From: Mobula birostris
Taxonomy: Eukaryota
Length of the DNA stretch: 64,000 bases
Direction: 5' to 3'
NCBI RefSeq assembly: GCF_030028105.1
Contig: NC_092377.1
Coordinates: 29,880,782 to 29,944,781 of the forward strand
Position 1 is the first letter of the stretch; every line of letters starts with the position of its first letter. Both the position numbers and the translations under genes were made by a program. Below the pieces are notes generated by a model. The model ran no database searches, was not told the origin of the DNA, and saw only the letters and a program-made list of their open reading frames with translations. Of the stretch, positions 24,101-39,100 are shown one piece after another.

Positions 24101-27100
24101 TGTGGGCAAAAAAGGGAAAGAGGAGGGGCACCAGAGGTGATGAATGGCAGGTGAGAAGAGAAATGGTACGAGGGGAGCCAGAATGGGGAATGGAGGAAAA
24201 GAAAAGGAGGAGGGGCAAAAAATTACCAGAAGTCAAAGAAATTGATGTTAATGCCGTCAGGTTGGAGGCTACCCAGATGGAATACAAGTTGTTGCTCCTC
24301 CAACCCGATAGTGGACTCATTGTGACAGTAGAGGGGGCCATGGACCAATATAGGGGAATGTGGATTGGAATTAAAATGGTTGGCCAGAGGGAAATCCTGC
24401 TTGTCACAGATGGTACTGAGATGCTCAACAAAATGGTCCCTAAATCTACATTGGTGAAACCCAATGTGAAGGAAACCACACCCGGTGCACCAGGTACAGT
24501 AAATGACACCAACAGATTCACAGGTAAAGTGTTGCCTCACTGGAAGGGCTGTTTTGGGCTCTGAATGGAGAATAGAAATTTGAATTAAATTATGTAATCC
24601 AGAATAAAAATCTGACTTCAATTATCTGATCTCAATTATTAATACCTCAGCAACACACATCAAAGTTGCTGGTGAACGCAGCAGGCCAAGCAGCATCTCT
24701 AGGAAGAGGTACAGTCGACGTTTCAGGCCTTCGTCAGGACTAACTGAAGGAAGAGTGAGTAAGGGATTTGAAAGTTGGAGGGGGAGGGGGAGATCCAAAA
24801 TGATAGGAGAAGACAGGAGGGGGAGGGATAGAGCCAAGAGCTGGACAGGTGATAGGCAAAAGGGGATACGAGAGGATTATGGGACAGGAGGATCGGGAAG
24901 AAAGACAAGGGGGGGGGGACCCAGAGGATGGGCAAGAGGTATATTCAGAGGGACAGAGGGAGAAAAAGGAGAGTGAGAGAAAGAATGTGTGCATAAAAAT
25001 AAGTAACAGATGGGGTACGAGGGGGAGATGGGGCCTAGCGGAAGTTAGAGAAGTCGATGTTCATGCCATCAGGTTGGAGGCTACCCAGACGGAATATAAG
25101 GTGTTGTTCCTCCAACCTGAGTGTGGCTTCATCTTTACAGTAGAGGAGGCCGTGGATAGACATGTCAGAATGGGAATGGGATGTGGAATTAAAATGTGTG
25201 GCCACTGGGAGATCCTGCTTTCTCTGGCGGACAGAGCGTAGATGTTCAGCAAAGCGGTCTCCCAGTCTGCGTCGGGTCTCGCCAATATATAAAAGGCCAC
25301 ATCAGGAGCACCGGACGCAGTGTATCACCCCAGTCAACTCACAGGTGAAGTGTTTGGGGCCCTGAATGGTGGTAAGGGAGGAAGTGTAAGGGCATGTGTA
25401 GCACTTGTTCCGCTTACACGGATAAGTGCCAGGAGGGAGATCAGTGGGGAGGGATGGGGGGGACGAATGGACAAGAGAGTTGTGTAGGGAGCGATCCCTG
25501 CGGAATGCGGGGGGGGGGGGAGGGAAAGATGTGCTTAGTGGTGGGATCCCGTTGGAGGTGGCGGAAGTTACGGAGAATAATATGTTGGACCCGGAGGCTG
25601 GTGGGGTGGTAGGTGAGGACCAGGGGAACCCTATTCCTAGCGGGGTGGCGGGAGGATGGAGTGAGAGCAGATGTACGTGAAATGGGGGAGATGCGTTTAA
25701 GAGCAGAGTTGATAGTGGAGGAAGGGAAGCCCCTTTCTTTAAAAAAAATTAATACCTCAGTCTGGCTGATGTGTAACTCCAGACCAATTGATATAACTCA
25801 CTTTTAATGCTGGGTTCAGAATATAAGACCATGGAGGTTATAATATAACTATATAAAACATAAGCAATAGCTGGAATCGTGGGTGCAGTTCTTGTCACCA
25901 CAGTAGGAAGGATGTGACTGCAATGGAGAAAGTTCAGAGGAGATTCACTTGGTTACTGCCTGGATCAGAACTCTTCAGATATGAAGAGGATTGGATAGCC
26001 TGGGTTTGTTTTCCTGGGGGAGGGAGTGGGTGTACAAAATTATGAGAAACAATGCTGGGTAGATAATGAGAAGTTTTACTCTTGGGAGAAAGATCTTTAG
26101 AGAACATGGAAATAAATGTCAGGGACAGATTTCAAGTGGATTTGAAGAATATTTTCACCTTGCAAGTGGTTAAAAGCCAGAACAAACTGCCTGAGGGGAT
26201 GAGATACTCTGACAATATTTAGAAACCACTTACATAAGCATTTTGAGACACTATGACATGGAAGACCACAGGCTATATGCTAGAAATTGAATTACAGGTA
26301 GCACGTGTAGACAGGATCATAAAAAAAGCTTTTAGTACATTGACTTCATAAATCTGGTCACTGAGTACAGGAGTTGGAATGTTATGTGGAAGAGCAGGTG
26401 AGGCAAAATTTAGAGTATGTGTGGTGTTCTGGTCACCTACCTACTGGAAAGATATCAGTACCTTTGTAGTAAAAAATTACAAGGACGTTGCCAAGATTTG
26501 AATGTTGAAAGTATGGAACAAGCTGTCAGCAGAAGGTAAGTGCAGGTTTAATTGTAACATTTAAGAGAAGTTTGGACATGGACATGGACAGGAGAGGTAT
26601 AAGGGGGCTATGGTCTTGGGTCCGGTTGATGGAACTTGACACAAGATCAGGTCCAAGAAGAACTAGATGAGTCAAAGGGCCTGTTTCTCTATTATAGTGC
26701 TCTATGACTTTATAAATTGGGATTAGTTTCGACAGGTACTTGATGACCAGAATAGACACAGTGGGCCAAAGGGCCTGTTTCTGTGCTATCTGATTATGTT
26801 TGAAATAATTGTTCATATTAATAGCTCAGCAAACTGCTCAGCCCTGATTTCAGAAGATGGGCAATAACTGGTGGGTTTGTCAACAATGCCCATTTCTTAA
26901 ACTCTTAATCCAATGAATGAATAATTACAAAATGTTAATGAACATAGTGTGTTGTATCTTTGCGTGATCTGCTATTTTATCACTGCATAAGACAACAATC
27001 TTAAATGGTTAACAGGTGCCTTTAGTCGAAGCCATGTGGAGAACAGGAATAATTTGATGTTAAAGTGAGAGTGGAGACATTTAATAGGAACCTGAGGGGC

Positions 27101-30100
27101 AACATTTTCACCCTGACAGTGACCAGTATTTAGAGTAAGCTGCTAGTGGAAGTGGTTGTGATAGGTACATTAATAACATTTAAAAGGTATTTGGACAGGT
27201 ACATGATAAAGAAAGATCTATAGAGATATGGGCCAAATGCAGGCACGTGTTGCTTGGATGGGAATCTTGGTTGGTGTTGACCAGCTGGGCCAAAAAATAG
27301 ATTTAAAATGATATGGTAATAAGCCTGATTTAAAAGGGCCAATTTTAATGCTCAAAAAATCTAAGTAATGACAGAATAAAAGTAATATCTTACTAATGAG
27401 AAAATGGGATAAGCACTTAATAAAGCAAACTAAAAAAAATCCATAATAGACTGAGTCTTGAAACAGAAACCACACCAAAAAATGTTTTCTTGTCATTAAG
27501 TTATCTCTGGCTGAAGTAAAGAGAACATTTTAGCAGACCAGAAATCTTTCCAACAGTTTGTTTCCAGGACAGTGTTACCAAGGAATACAATGGTTCTACA
27601 AGACAATCGCAATGATGAGGAAAATTGTAATTTTATACTTGGGTAGTTTCGACATCCCCCTGCAGAAGATCCAGTTCTCCAGGACCCATTGTGAACAACC
27701 ATGCTCCATTTATGAACTTCATCGCTGGCAAGTGTGTCAGGGGTAAGATTGCAGATTTCCACTCGAGAGAAATTCCTTAGAAATTCAGAAAATGCCATCC
27801 TGGAATGTGGAGATGTAACAAAATAAAATTGAAACACTCTCAGGACAAAATCCTCACCTTGTCAAAGAATTGCAGACATTTATGAATGGATTTGTTTCTT
27901 ATGCATTAAACAAGCTGGACAGACTGGTGTACATTAATTACTGCATAGGAATTGTAATTTCATCCATTTATTCTGGTGCTTGTTCAGAATCAGGTTTAAT
28001 ATCGCTGGTTTAATATATGTCGTGAAATTTGCTAACTTAACTGTCAATTACAGTAAGTATCTATATGCATGCTAAATAATTAAATTAAAAATAATGCAAA
28101 AACAGAAATAACGTAAAAATAAAGTGAGGTAGTTTTCAAAGGTTCAATGTCCATTTGGGAATCATACAGCAGCGGGGAAGAAGCTGTTCCCAATTGCTGA
28201 GTGTGTGCCTTCAGGCTTCTGCACCTCCTTCCTGACGGTAACAATGAGAACAGGGCACGTCTTGGATGATGGGGATCCTTAATAATGGACGCCGCCTTTC
28301 TGAGACACCACTCCCTGAAGAATGTTTTCGCTAGTACCCAAGATGGAGCTAATTTTATAACTTTCTGAAGCTTCTTTCGATCCTGTGCAGTCGTCAAAGT
28401 CACCTATATCACATTTCTTCCCCATGCTGATGTTTGGTTTGAACAACAACTGAACCTCTTGACCATGTCTGCATGCATCGAGTTGCTGGCACATGACTGG
28501 TTGATTAGATGTTTTCATTAACAAGCAGGTGTACAGGTGTACCTAATAAAGTGGCCACTGAATGTACATCTCATTTGGCATGGACACATTGGGCCAGAGG
28601 GCATTCTGTACAATACAAATCCATGACATTAACTCATCTACTCACATTAGATCTGTTTCATTTTATTCCTGGCCTACCTGAGTGCCTGTCTAAATTTCTA
28701 TTAAGATAGTGATTTCATCCGATTCCATCAGCAGCAGCAAACTCCAAATATCAACCCTCTGTACAAAAGACATCGTTATCAAATCCCATTTACAACTCCT
28801 TCCTTTCACTTTGAATATAAACTCTCTGTACAAAAGACATCGTTATCAAATCCCATTTATAACTCCTTCCTTTCACTTTGAGCCAATGCCCTTTTATTTT
28901 TCATGCCCTAACTATAGGAAAACAGATTCTGGGATTCTACACCTCTCAATCTGATACCCCTCAAGGAGAGTCTCCTTGGATCAACAGAAAACAAGCCCAC
29001 CCTAACCAACTTCTTTTCATAATTGATGTCCAGGCATCATCTTGGTGAATCTGTTCTGCACACTCTCCAGTACAAACCACATCCTTCTGATAATGTGGCA
29101 AGCAGAACTAGAACGGCCTAACCGGTGTTTTAACCTCCTAACTTTTATACTTTATGGCCCAACCTATGAAAGCAATTGTCTTTCATCTCCACTCTATCTA
29201 CCCAAGAGTCCACTTTCAAAGAAATATGAACCTGAACCAAAGGTCCCTCTGTTAGTCGCTATTACTTAGTGTCCTTACTATTTACTGTATATAATCTATT
29301 TCTATTTTACTTCACATCGCACCTGTTGGGAATAAATTCCATCTGCCCACATTCCACTCAACTTTTCATCTCAGCTACTCCTTTCTGCAGCCTTAGGTAA
29401 CCTTTCCTGCTAATCACACCAACAGCAACTTTCATTTCACCCAGAGCCTTAGTTATAATAATTTCAGATTATAAATATTACAACTACAAAACTTAATTAT
29501 ACATTTCGATCCAAGTTGGCAATTTTAAAAAAAATCACAAACAAGGGTCCCAGCACCGGTCCCTATACAATTGGTTGCAGACTCCCAAACAGAGAAACAT
29601 CTTCTGCCCCCTTTCACCAATCCAATTTTGGATCTATTTAGCCAGTTTGAGTTGGATCCAATGTGCCTTAAACTGCTGGGTGGGACTAGTCAGTTGTAAT
29701 GAAAATTCCTCGACCCAAAGCAAAGGAAGCCACCTAAAAAGCAGAATTCTTTCATCATTTTCTGTTTTTCTTTCATTTCTCCATCATCTGCAGCTTTTTT
29801 CCAGCTAATACATCAACGTGGAAGCCAAGATTTCAATTCCAAACCCTTTCACATGCTTCTTAAAAAGGTTTCTTTGGATCAGAGCTTGATAGCACTCACA
29901 TTTAATCTTAAACTGTAAAAACTCACATGCTGGATTTCATGGGTCCCAGATAATCCAGCTTATTTGTAATCCAGTATTGCCTCCATGATTCACCAGCTGC
30001 CATCCCTTCAGGATCAGTTACCGCAATGTTCCTATTTGCCAGATAACTAAGCTTTTACTCATGGTTTCTTGATTCAGCATCCCGAGTACTAGCCTCACCA

Positions 30101-33100
30101 ATTCCAACCACGTTCACAGCAATTATCAAGACTACAATCATAAAGTAATATAGCTATATAGAGTTACTACTCTCTGGCTAAAAAAAATCCTCCTTACCTC
30201 TGTTCTAAAGGGTGGCCCCTCAATTTTGAGGCTCTGCCCTCTAGTTCTGGATACCCTCACCATAGAGAACATCCTCTACACATCCGTCCTAGCTAGACCT
30301 TTCAACATTCACTACATTTCAATGAGATCCTCACACATTCTTCTAAATTCCAGAGAGTACAGGCTGAAAGCTGCCAAACACACCTCATATGTTAACCCCT
30401 CCATTCCCAGAACCATCCTCGTGAACCTCCTATGGACTCTCTCCAATGACAACACATACTTTCTGAGATATGGGGCCCAAAACTGTTGACAATATTCCAA
30501 ATGCAGCCTGTCTAGATTTTTTTTTTATATAAAAAGGCTCAGCATTATCTCCTTGCTTTTATATTCTATTCCCCTTGAAATAAATGCCAACATTACATTT
30601 GCCTTCTTTACCACAGACTCAACCTGTAAATTAACTTTCTGAGAGTCTTGCACAAGGACTCCAAAGTCCCTCTGCACCTCTGATATTTGAACTTTCTCCC
30701 CATTTAGATAATAGTCTGCACTATTGTTCCTTTTACCAAAATGCATTATCATACATTTCCCAACACTGTATTTCATCTGCCACTTTTTTGCCCATTCTTC
30801 TAGTTTGTCTAGGTCCTGCTGCAAACACATTGCTTCCTTAGCCTACCTATCCCTCCACCTGTCTTCATATAATCCGCAAACTTTGCCACAAAGCCATCAA
30901 TTCCATTACCTAAATCACTGACAAACAACGTGAAAAGTAGCGGTCCCAATACTGACCCCTGAGGAACACCTCTAGTTGCCAGCAGCCAAATAGAAAAGGC
31001 CCCTTTTCAGACATCTCACCCTGCAAAAACTCATTTCTGGGAGGTAGCACCATCAATTTGCGGCAGACTCCCGGAACTTCCGGGAGAGGTGGGATGTCTG
31101 CCTTTTATTCCCACTCGCTGCCTCCGGCCTGTCAGCCATTCCGCTATCCATGCCAGTATCTTTCCTGCAACGTCATAGGATTTTATCTTGTTAAGCAGCC
31201 TCATGTGTGGCACCTAATCAAATGCCTTCAGAAACTCCAAGTAAATAACATCCACTGCCTCTCCTTTGTCCACTCTGCTTGTTATTTTCTCAAAGAACAG
31301 ATTTGTCAGGCAAGATTTCCCTTTACAGAAACCATGCTGACTTTGTCTTATTTCATCATTAGTCTCCAAGTACCCTAAAACCTCACCTTTAATAATAGAC
31401 TCCAACATTTTTCCAACCACTGAGGTTAAGCTAACTGGCCAATAATTTATTTTGCCCTCCTCCCTTCTTAAAGAGTGGAGTAACATCTGCAATCTTCCAG
31501 TCCTCCGGGACCATGCCAGAATCAAGTGATTCTTGAAAGATCATGACCAATGCATCTGTTATCTCTTCAGCAACCTCTCTCAGGAATCTGGGATCTAGTC
31601 CATCTGGTCCAGGTGACTTATCCACCTTAAGACCTTTGAGTTTGCCTAGCACTTTTTCCTTTGTAATAGCAATGACACTCACTCCTGCTCTCTGACACTC
31701 TCAGACCTCTGGCACACTGCTAGTGTCTTCCACAGTGAAGACAGATGCAAAGCACCCATGAAGTTCATCTGCCATTTCTTTGTCCTCCATTACTATCTCA
31801 TCAGTATCATTTTCCTGTGGTCCAATATCAACTCTCACCTCCCTTTTATGTTTTATATAACTAAAAAGATTGGTATCCTGCTTTATATTATTGGCTAGTC
31901 TGCCCTTATATTTCATCTTTTCCATTCTTGTAGTTTTTTCAGTTGCCTTTTGTTGGATTCTAAAAGCTTCCCAATCATCCAACTTCCCACTCACTTTTGC
32001 CATCTTATATGCCCTTTTCTTGGCTTTTATGCAGTCCTTAACTTCCCTTGTCAGCCACAGTTGCCTACCCCTGCCATTTGAGAACTTCTTCCTCTGTGGG
32101 ACATAACTATCCTGTGCCTTGTGAACTACTCCCAGAAACCTTGGCCATCTCTGCTATGCCAGGGTCCTCCTCCAATCCACCAGGGCAAACTGCTCTCTCC
32201 TGCCACTGTAATTCCCTTTATTGCATTGGATATTGATACATGTGTGTTATGCTGCTCCCTCTTAAATTCAGCTTTACTTCTATCTCCTCAAGTTTTCATG
32301 TTGAATACTTCCTTTACACATCCAGCTACCAGTTTGCTTTGCTTGCCATTAATCTAGTTATAAAATCAAGGCAGCCAGAGGAAGAAATTCATCTTTACCA
32401 GAATTCTCCATTCTCTGATCGGTCACGAAGGCTCTTTCTTTCTTCATCAGGGATACAACTCCACTCTGGTGCACTGGCATTAGATGAAAAATATAAAAGG
32501 TAATTATGCCGTCGCTGTTTACAGGAATGGCACATGAGCATAAACATCATCTTTTCTCATGAGAGCTCAAAATTATCTAGATATACACATAATATTTGAA
32601 ACACTTGGGAACAACATAACCAATGTTGGAGTACTCTCAGTAATGCACTTGGTTCCTTTTAAGGATGAGATTCAGACTTTAGTTTGGTTGCAAGCTGTAA
32701 CTGGAATTTCAAAAATGGCTTAAAAAAATTTGTTGTTAATGTCATTTATCAAAAGCAGATTCACAGTTTGCACCTGAGAGAAACAGGAGAAAGGATAAGA
32801 CAAAGCAAAAAAAAGAACAAGTTTGCAGCTGTTCACTAGGAGGTTTTGAATGTAATCTACATCGTCATTATGCATGCAGTTTAAAACTACAATCAGTCCC
32901 CAGGTTATGTAAAGATTCCATTACCGAGAACAGTCTGTTAATCGAAATTTCCAAGTCAAAAATGATCAATTTCAGTGAGGGCTGCTTAACATGAACATTT
33001 ATCATTTTCCCTGTGTAATTACAATGGTACAGAGGTCCTACACCCAATTGGCAAGACTTGATGATCTTTAACTGTGAAATATATTGTTTGATATTTTATA

Positions 33101-36100
33101 AACATCAGTTGAAGAGATTGTCTTATTTGTTTCCATAGCAAATCCCTTATGCATGGGACCCAGGAGCTGCATTGTAATTATTGCAAATTAAATGTAAGGA
33201 GTTTGTTTTTTTCAAAAGTGATGCACTGTTAATACTAACAATTAGTCATCCACTTATATTTGACATAAATGTGATGAATCTCTGGAATTGTCGGCCATGG
33301 AGGGCTGTGAAGATTACATTGTCCAGAATTCCCACTTGAATGTCAGCACAGTAATATTCACTCCAGGATGCCAAAGCTCCTCTTGATAACTAATCAGAGG
33401 CAGGTACATTGCCCTGCTCACTTGTGGTTGAATGCCTCATGACCTCACTGCTTTTGGGAAGAGAGGACTTGGCTTGTTACATAAATAACTATCTATTAAC
33501 ATAGGTCAACAGAATTCAAAAGAATGTATTAAGGATCATAAACATTTGATAACCATCAACATAAAAATTACACAAAATAACCTACTTGTCAGACCAGCTT
33601 CCAGTCCACTCTACTTGACCCCAAGGATTCCTGACTCGGATCAATTTCTCCTGATCACCTTGATAGTTCACCTACAGGATTGAAACTACATCCTCAATTT
33701 GTTTCTACATTATTCATGACTAAGACAACAGTTCTTCAGTGCATCTACAGCAAAAATCTGGATTCATAAGTTATCTTTAATATAGGAAATTGCCTCAAGG
33801 TGCTTCAATTTCAGCAGATAAAACTTGGCATGGACAAAGCAGATGTTACAATATTCATCCAAAACTTGTACAAAGAGGAAACTTTTATGTATCCCTTAAA
33901 GTAAGAAAACAGAGAACACAAAGTAGGAAGATCTTTTGGGAATTGGGAAGGGCATGTCAGTTAAGAAATATGAAAAAAAAAGTTTAAAATATAGGTGCTA
34001 TTTAACTGGGAAGCAAATCATAGATTTTAGGTAGAGGTGTGATTGAACAAAATTTGCAATGGATTAGACAAAAGTAGAAGAAATTTCCACAGATTCACCA
34101 CCTACTGACTAAAGAAATTTCTCCTCATCTGTGTTCCAAATGGGTGTCCCCCTATTATGAGGTTGTGCCATTTGGTCATAGACTTCCCTACTATAGGAAG
34201 CGTACTCTCACATCCACTATCTAGGCCTTTCCAATAGTCGATTGGATTCAATGAGATCCTCCCCTCATTCTTCTACATTCCAGTGAGTACAGGCCCAGAG
34301 CTATCAAACACTCCTCATATGATAAGCCTTTCATTCCCAGAATCATTTTTGAACACTCTCCAAAGCCAGCATGTTTATTCTTAGATTTTGGGCCCAAAAC
34401 TGCTCACAATACTCCAAAGTGAAGCCTCACTAGTCCCTTATAAAGCCTCAGCTCTAAATCCTTGCTTTTATATTCTAGTCCTCTCAAAATGAATGCTAAC
34501 ATTGTATTTACCCTCTTCACCACTGACTCAACCTGCAAGTTAATCTTTAGGGAATCCTGCATGAAAAGTCCCTTTTCAACTCAGATTCTTGAATTTTCTC
34601 CCCATTTAGAAAATAGTCCATGGCATTTTTGTTCCTTCTACTAAAGTCCATGACGATGCATTTCCCTACACTGTATTCCATCTGCCGCTTCTTTGCCCAT
34701 TCTTCTAATCTGTCTAAATCCTTCTGCAGCCTACCTGCTTTCTGAACACTACCTGCCCCTCCACCTACCTTTGTATCATATGCAAACTCGGCCACAGCCA
34801 TCAATTCCATATTCAAAATCATTGTTATACAACATAAAGAGAATTAGTCCCAACACCGACCCCTTTGAAACACTACTAGTCACTGGCAGCTAGTCAGAAA
34901 CGACTCCCTTTATTCCCACTGTTTGCCTCCTGCTGATCAGCCACTGCTCCATCCATGCAAGAATCTTTCCTGTACTGTCAGGGTTCTTACCTGGCTAAGC
35001 AGTCATGTGCAGCACTTTGTCAAAAGCCTTTTGAAAATCCAAGTACACAATATCCACCGATTCTCCTTTGTCTGTCCTGCTTATTTCCTCAAAGAATTCC
35101 GATAGATTTGTTACGCAATATTTTCCTTTTAGGAAACCGTGACCTCCTTTGGCCTACTTTATCATTTGCCTCCACCTACTCTGAGATCTCATCCTTAACA
35201 ACCGACTCCAACATCTTCTCAACCACTATCAAGCTAACTGTGGTACAATTTATTTTCTTCTTCCTCCCTCCATACTTAGAGTGGAGTGACATTTGCAATT
35301 TTCCAGTCCTCTGGAACTATGCCAGAATCCAGTGATTCCCGAAGGATCATAATCAATGCCTCCACAATCTCTTCAGATACCTCTTTCAGAACACTGGTCC
35401 AGACGACCTTGGATAATCAGGCAGAGTGTCACTGTCAAGGAGAAGGGTTATGGGTCAATCACCAGGTCTTCCTAGGACAGGCTATTGGTTACAAGTGTTG
35501 GGACATCACATTACACCAGTACAAGATGTTGGTGAGACTGCACTTGGAATATTGTGTGCAGTTATGGTCATCATACAGAAAGAGTTAACATGGAGAGGGT
35601 GCAGAAAAGATTCACAAGGATGTTTTCAAGACCAGACCAGACTATTAGTCTGGAATTTATACTTAAACCTTTAAAATGAAACTTCATTCCACAATCTTCT
35701 TACTTGCTCTAGGGTGGTACTAAATGAAAGGCTGTTGACAAAGTCAGGGTGTCAGTGCCAGAGGAAATGTATTTAGCACAGATGAGGCAGCTGCACCGTC
35801 ATTCCAGGGTAGCCCCAGAATGTGGTCGAGCCAGATCAAGCAACAAGTACATTCAAGTTTGTGACAGGTGGACCCAACGATATGATGCAGCACCATAAAG
35901 GTTTTTCCTGGAGAGAGGAATTTGAAAGGACTGTATGAGCAAAAGTGCCAGATAGATCAGAGAGTTTGCAGGGACAGCTGTGCTTAATTGTTTTGGCAAC
36001 AAATAGAATGCCATAGGCTCGCTGTACTTGTGTAACCACTTGTTTCAATCAGCACGACTCAACTGTTTAAAGGGAGAGGGGGACAAAAGAGTGACTCCCA

Positions 36101-39100
36101 GGGAAACTGCAAAGAAATGGTGAACGATGAGGAAAAGAATGATGAGGAAACACTGATTTAGAATTAGGAGTACAAGTTAATAAAACACTTGGTTTCAGAC
36201 TTACTGTTTCTGCTCCGGTTACAGAGTAAGCATGTCCTTTGACCAGCTGCTGCGAAGTAATTGCCTCCGTTTCTGCTGAGCTTGTGATCTAATGCATAAA
36301 GTAAATATTCAAATAAGTCAGCATTTATTAATCAACATACATTCATCACACAAGTCAGTTAATTGAATTTATTAGTTATGTAATGCACGATATCTTGTGC
36401 TACTTTATTTTTCTATGAGTAGTACTACAGAGCACCATGAGTGGGCCATAGAAGTAATATCAGAACACTGGGGAGTGGTAAATGTTATTCCTTTGTTCAA
36501 GAAAGGTAACAGGGATAACCCTGGGATTTATAGAGCTGTAGTAGTGGAGGGCAAAATATTGGAGAGGGTCCTTACAGACACGAACATTTGGAGAAACAGC
36601 CTAATTAGGAATACTCAACATGGCTTTATGACGGTGGCCATGCCTCACTAATCTGATTGAATTCTTTAAGGAAGTGACAAAACATATTGATGAAGATAGA
36701 GCAGTGGATGTGGTGCACATGGATTTTAGTAAGGCATTCAGAAAGTTAGAAGGTATGGAATCCGGAGAAACTTGGGTACGTGGATTCAGAGTTGGCTTGC
36801 CCATGGAAGGCAGAGGGTGGTTGTAGAAGCAGTGTATTCTGGCTGGAGGTCGGTGACCAGTAATTTTCTGCAGGGGTCCCTGCTTTTGTGATGCTTATAA
36901 ATGACTTGGATGAAAAAGTGAAAGAATGGATTAGTAAGTCTGCAGATGATATGGCAGTGTAGATGGTTGTAGGTTACAATGGGACATTGATAGGATGCAA
37001 GGCTGGGCTGAGAAGTGTCAGATGGAGTTCAACCTGGAAAAGTGTTAAGTAATTAACTTTGGCAGCTCAAACTTGAAGGCAAGTACAGATTAATGGTAGG
37101 ATTCTTATCAGTATGGAGGAACAGAGGGATCTTGAGGTCCACGCCTATATATGCCTCAAAGTTGTAGCACAAATTGATAAAGTAGTTAAGATGGCTCATG
37201 GTGCTTTGGCCTTCACTAGTCAGGGAATTGAGTTCCAGGTGTATAAAACTCTGGTTAGATCACATTTGGAGTACTGTGTTAAGTTTTGATTGCCTCATTA
37301 TAATAAGGATGTGGAAGTTTTAGAGAGGGTGCAGAGGAGATTTACCAGGATGCTGCCTGGATCAGAGAGTGTGTCTTATGAGGAAAAGTTGAGCGAGCTA
37401 GGGCTTTTCTCTTTGGGGAGAAGGAGGATGAGAAGTGACTTGACAGAGGTGTAGGATGATAAGAGGCGTAGATAAGAATGCCTTTTTCCCTCAGCACAGA
37501 AATGGCTGATACAAGAGGTCATCATTTTAAAGTGGGTGGAGCAAAGTACTTGGTCTGAGGAAGGATTTTTTTTAAAAATACAGAGTGGTGGATGCATGAT
37601 AGAGGTAGGTACGTTAGGGACATTGAAGAGACTCTTAAATTGGGACATGGACGAAAGAAAAATGGAGGACTATGAGAGGTAAGTGTTAGACATGTCAGAG
37701 TTGGTTAAGAGATCAGCACAACATCGAGGGGCAAAGAGTCTGTACTATGCTGTATGGTTCTATGTTCATATACAATTACTCTTCTCCACAGCTTCCCACC
37801 ACTATGTGACTGTGTGCTCAATCAGAAAGTTTAAAACTCTAACCAAGTTCAAAGGTCTTCAAATAGTTTGAATGGCAATACAGCTTAAGTAGGTAGCACC
37901 ACATTATAAAACAGTGAGTCTATCTTTTCTACAAGGTAGATTTTGAAAAGCTTCTCATTAGGATTTGTCTCTGTTGCTGAAATTCTGCCAGCAATAGTTG
38001 TGTCATCGGCAAACTTATAGATGGCACGAGCTGTGCTTAGCCTCACAATCATGGATGTAGAGCGAGTCAGACATCCTTGAGGTGTGCCAGTGTTGATTGT
38101 CAGCGAGGATGAGAAGTTATTTCCAATCTGCATTGACTGTGGTCTCCCAGTGAAGTCAAGGATCTAGTTGTAGAGGGAGGAGGTACAGACCCAGATTTTG
38201 GAGCTTATTGATTATAACCGAGAGTATGATTGCGTTGAATGCTGAGCTTTAGTCAATAAATAGCAGCGGTGAAATAATCACCGATAAAATCAAGCAGATG
38301 GAACACTGGGTAGAACACTACTCTGAGCTCTACTCGAGGGAAAATGATGTTGTTAGCTTAGCCATTGATGCCATCGATTGTCTACCAGACATGGATGAAC
38401 TTGACTCTGAACCAACCATTGAGGACCTCAGCAAGGCAACTAACAGCCTGGCCCCAGGGAAAGCTCCTGGCAATGATGGGGTTCCTCCAGACCTCATCAA
38501 ACACTGCAAGAGCTCACTCCTCCTGATGGGGTGAAGGGGTAGGTAAATAGGGGTATAGACTAAGAACAATGATTAAGTAACGATCAATCACCTTGTGGGC
38601 GCCTTAGCTTACTGTTTTGGACAATCAAAAAGAAGCTTTACCCAGCAGCCGGTGACGTACTAGTCATTGTTCTCTAAAGATTGGCAAAGGCTCAAATAAG
38701 GAACTATCTGATCTTGCAGAAGCATCTCAAGGTATAGCTAAGTATGGGAAGTATAGTGTAAGGGCTAGAATATTCTGGGGGAAAAGGGGAAGGTGTCTGA
38801 ATGAGGAACTGATGGGCTAGCTTTGGTTTAAAATAATTATAACTAACTGACCAATGATTATTTTACACACTTGGCGGTATAACCAAGTTCTCAGACAGCT
38901 GGCATCAATCTTTGAACAAAGGTGAATCATCACAAATGCTCTCCCACAAACATCGGTAGGAAATGTCCACATTACACGATTTGTACCAGCAGGCCAACCT
39001 CCAAAGCACCATATAACATCAAAAGATGTAAGCATTCTGCAGGTTGCTCGGGATTGGAAAATGGACGTGGACTTGGTAAAAAAAGCTTGTGTTTCCCCCA

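Noticed and set aside
23690-25810. Ancient tRNA-SINE apparently split by the two Penelope-like insertions
   Set aside because: Short degenerate pieces (23690-23785, 24570-24640, 25760-25810) are suggestive but cannot be confirmed without a consensus alignment.
32885-32970. Tigger/pogo-like terminal remnants (similar stretch near 60820-60895)
   Set aside because: Too degenerate to define TIR pairs or boundaries by eye.
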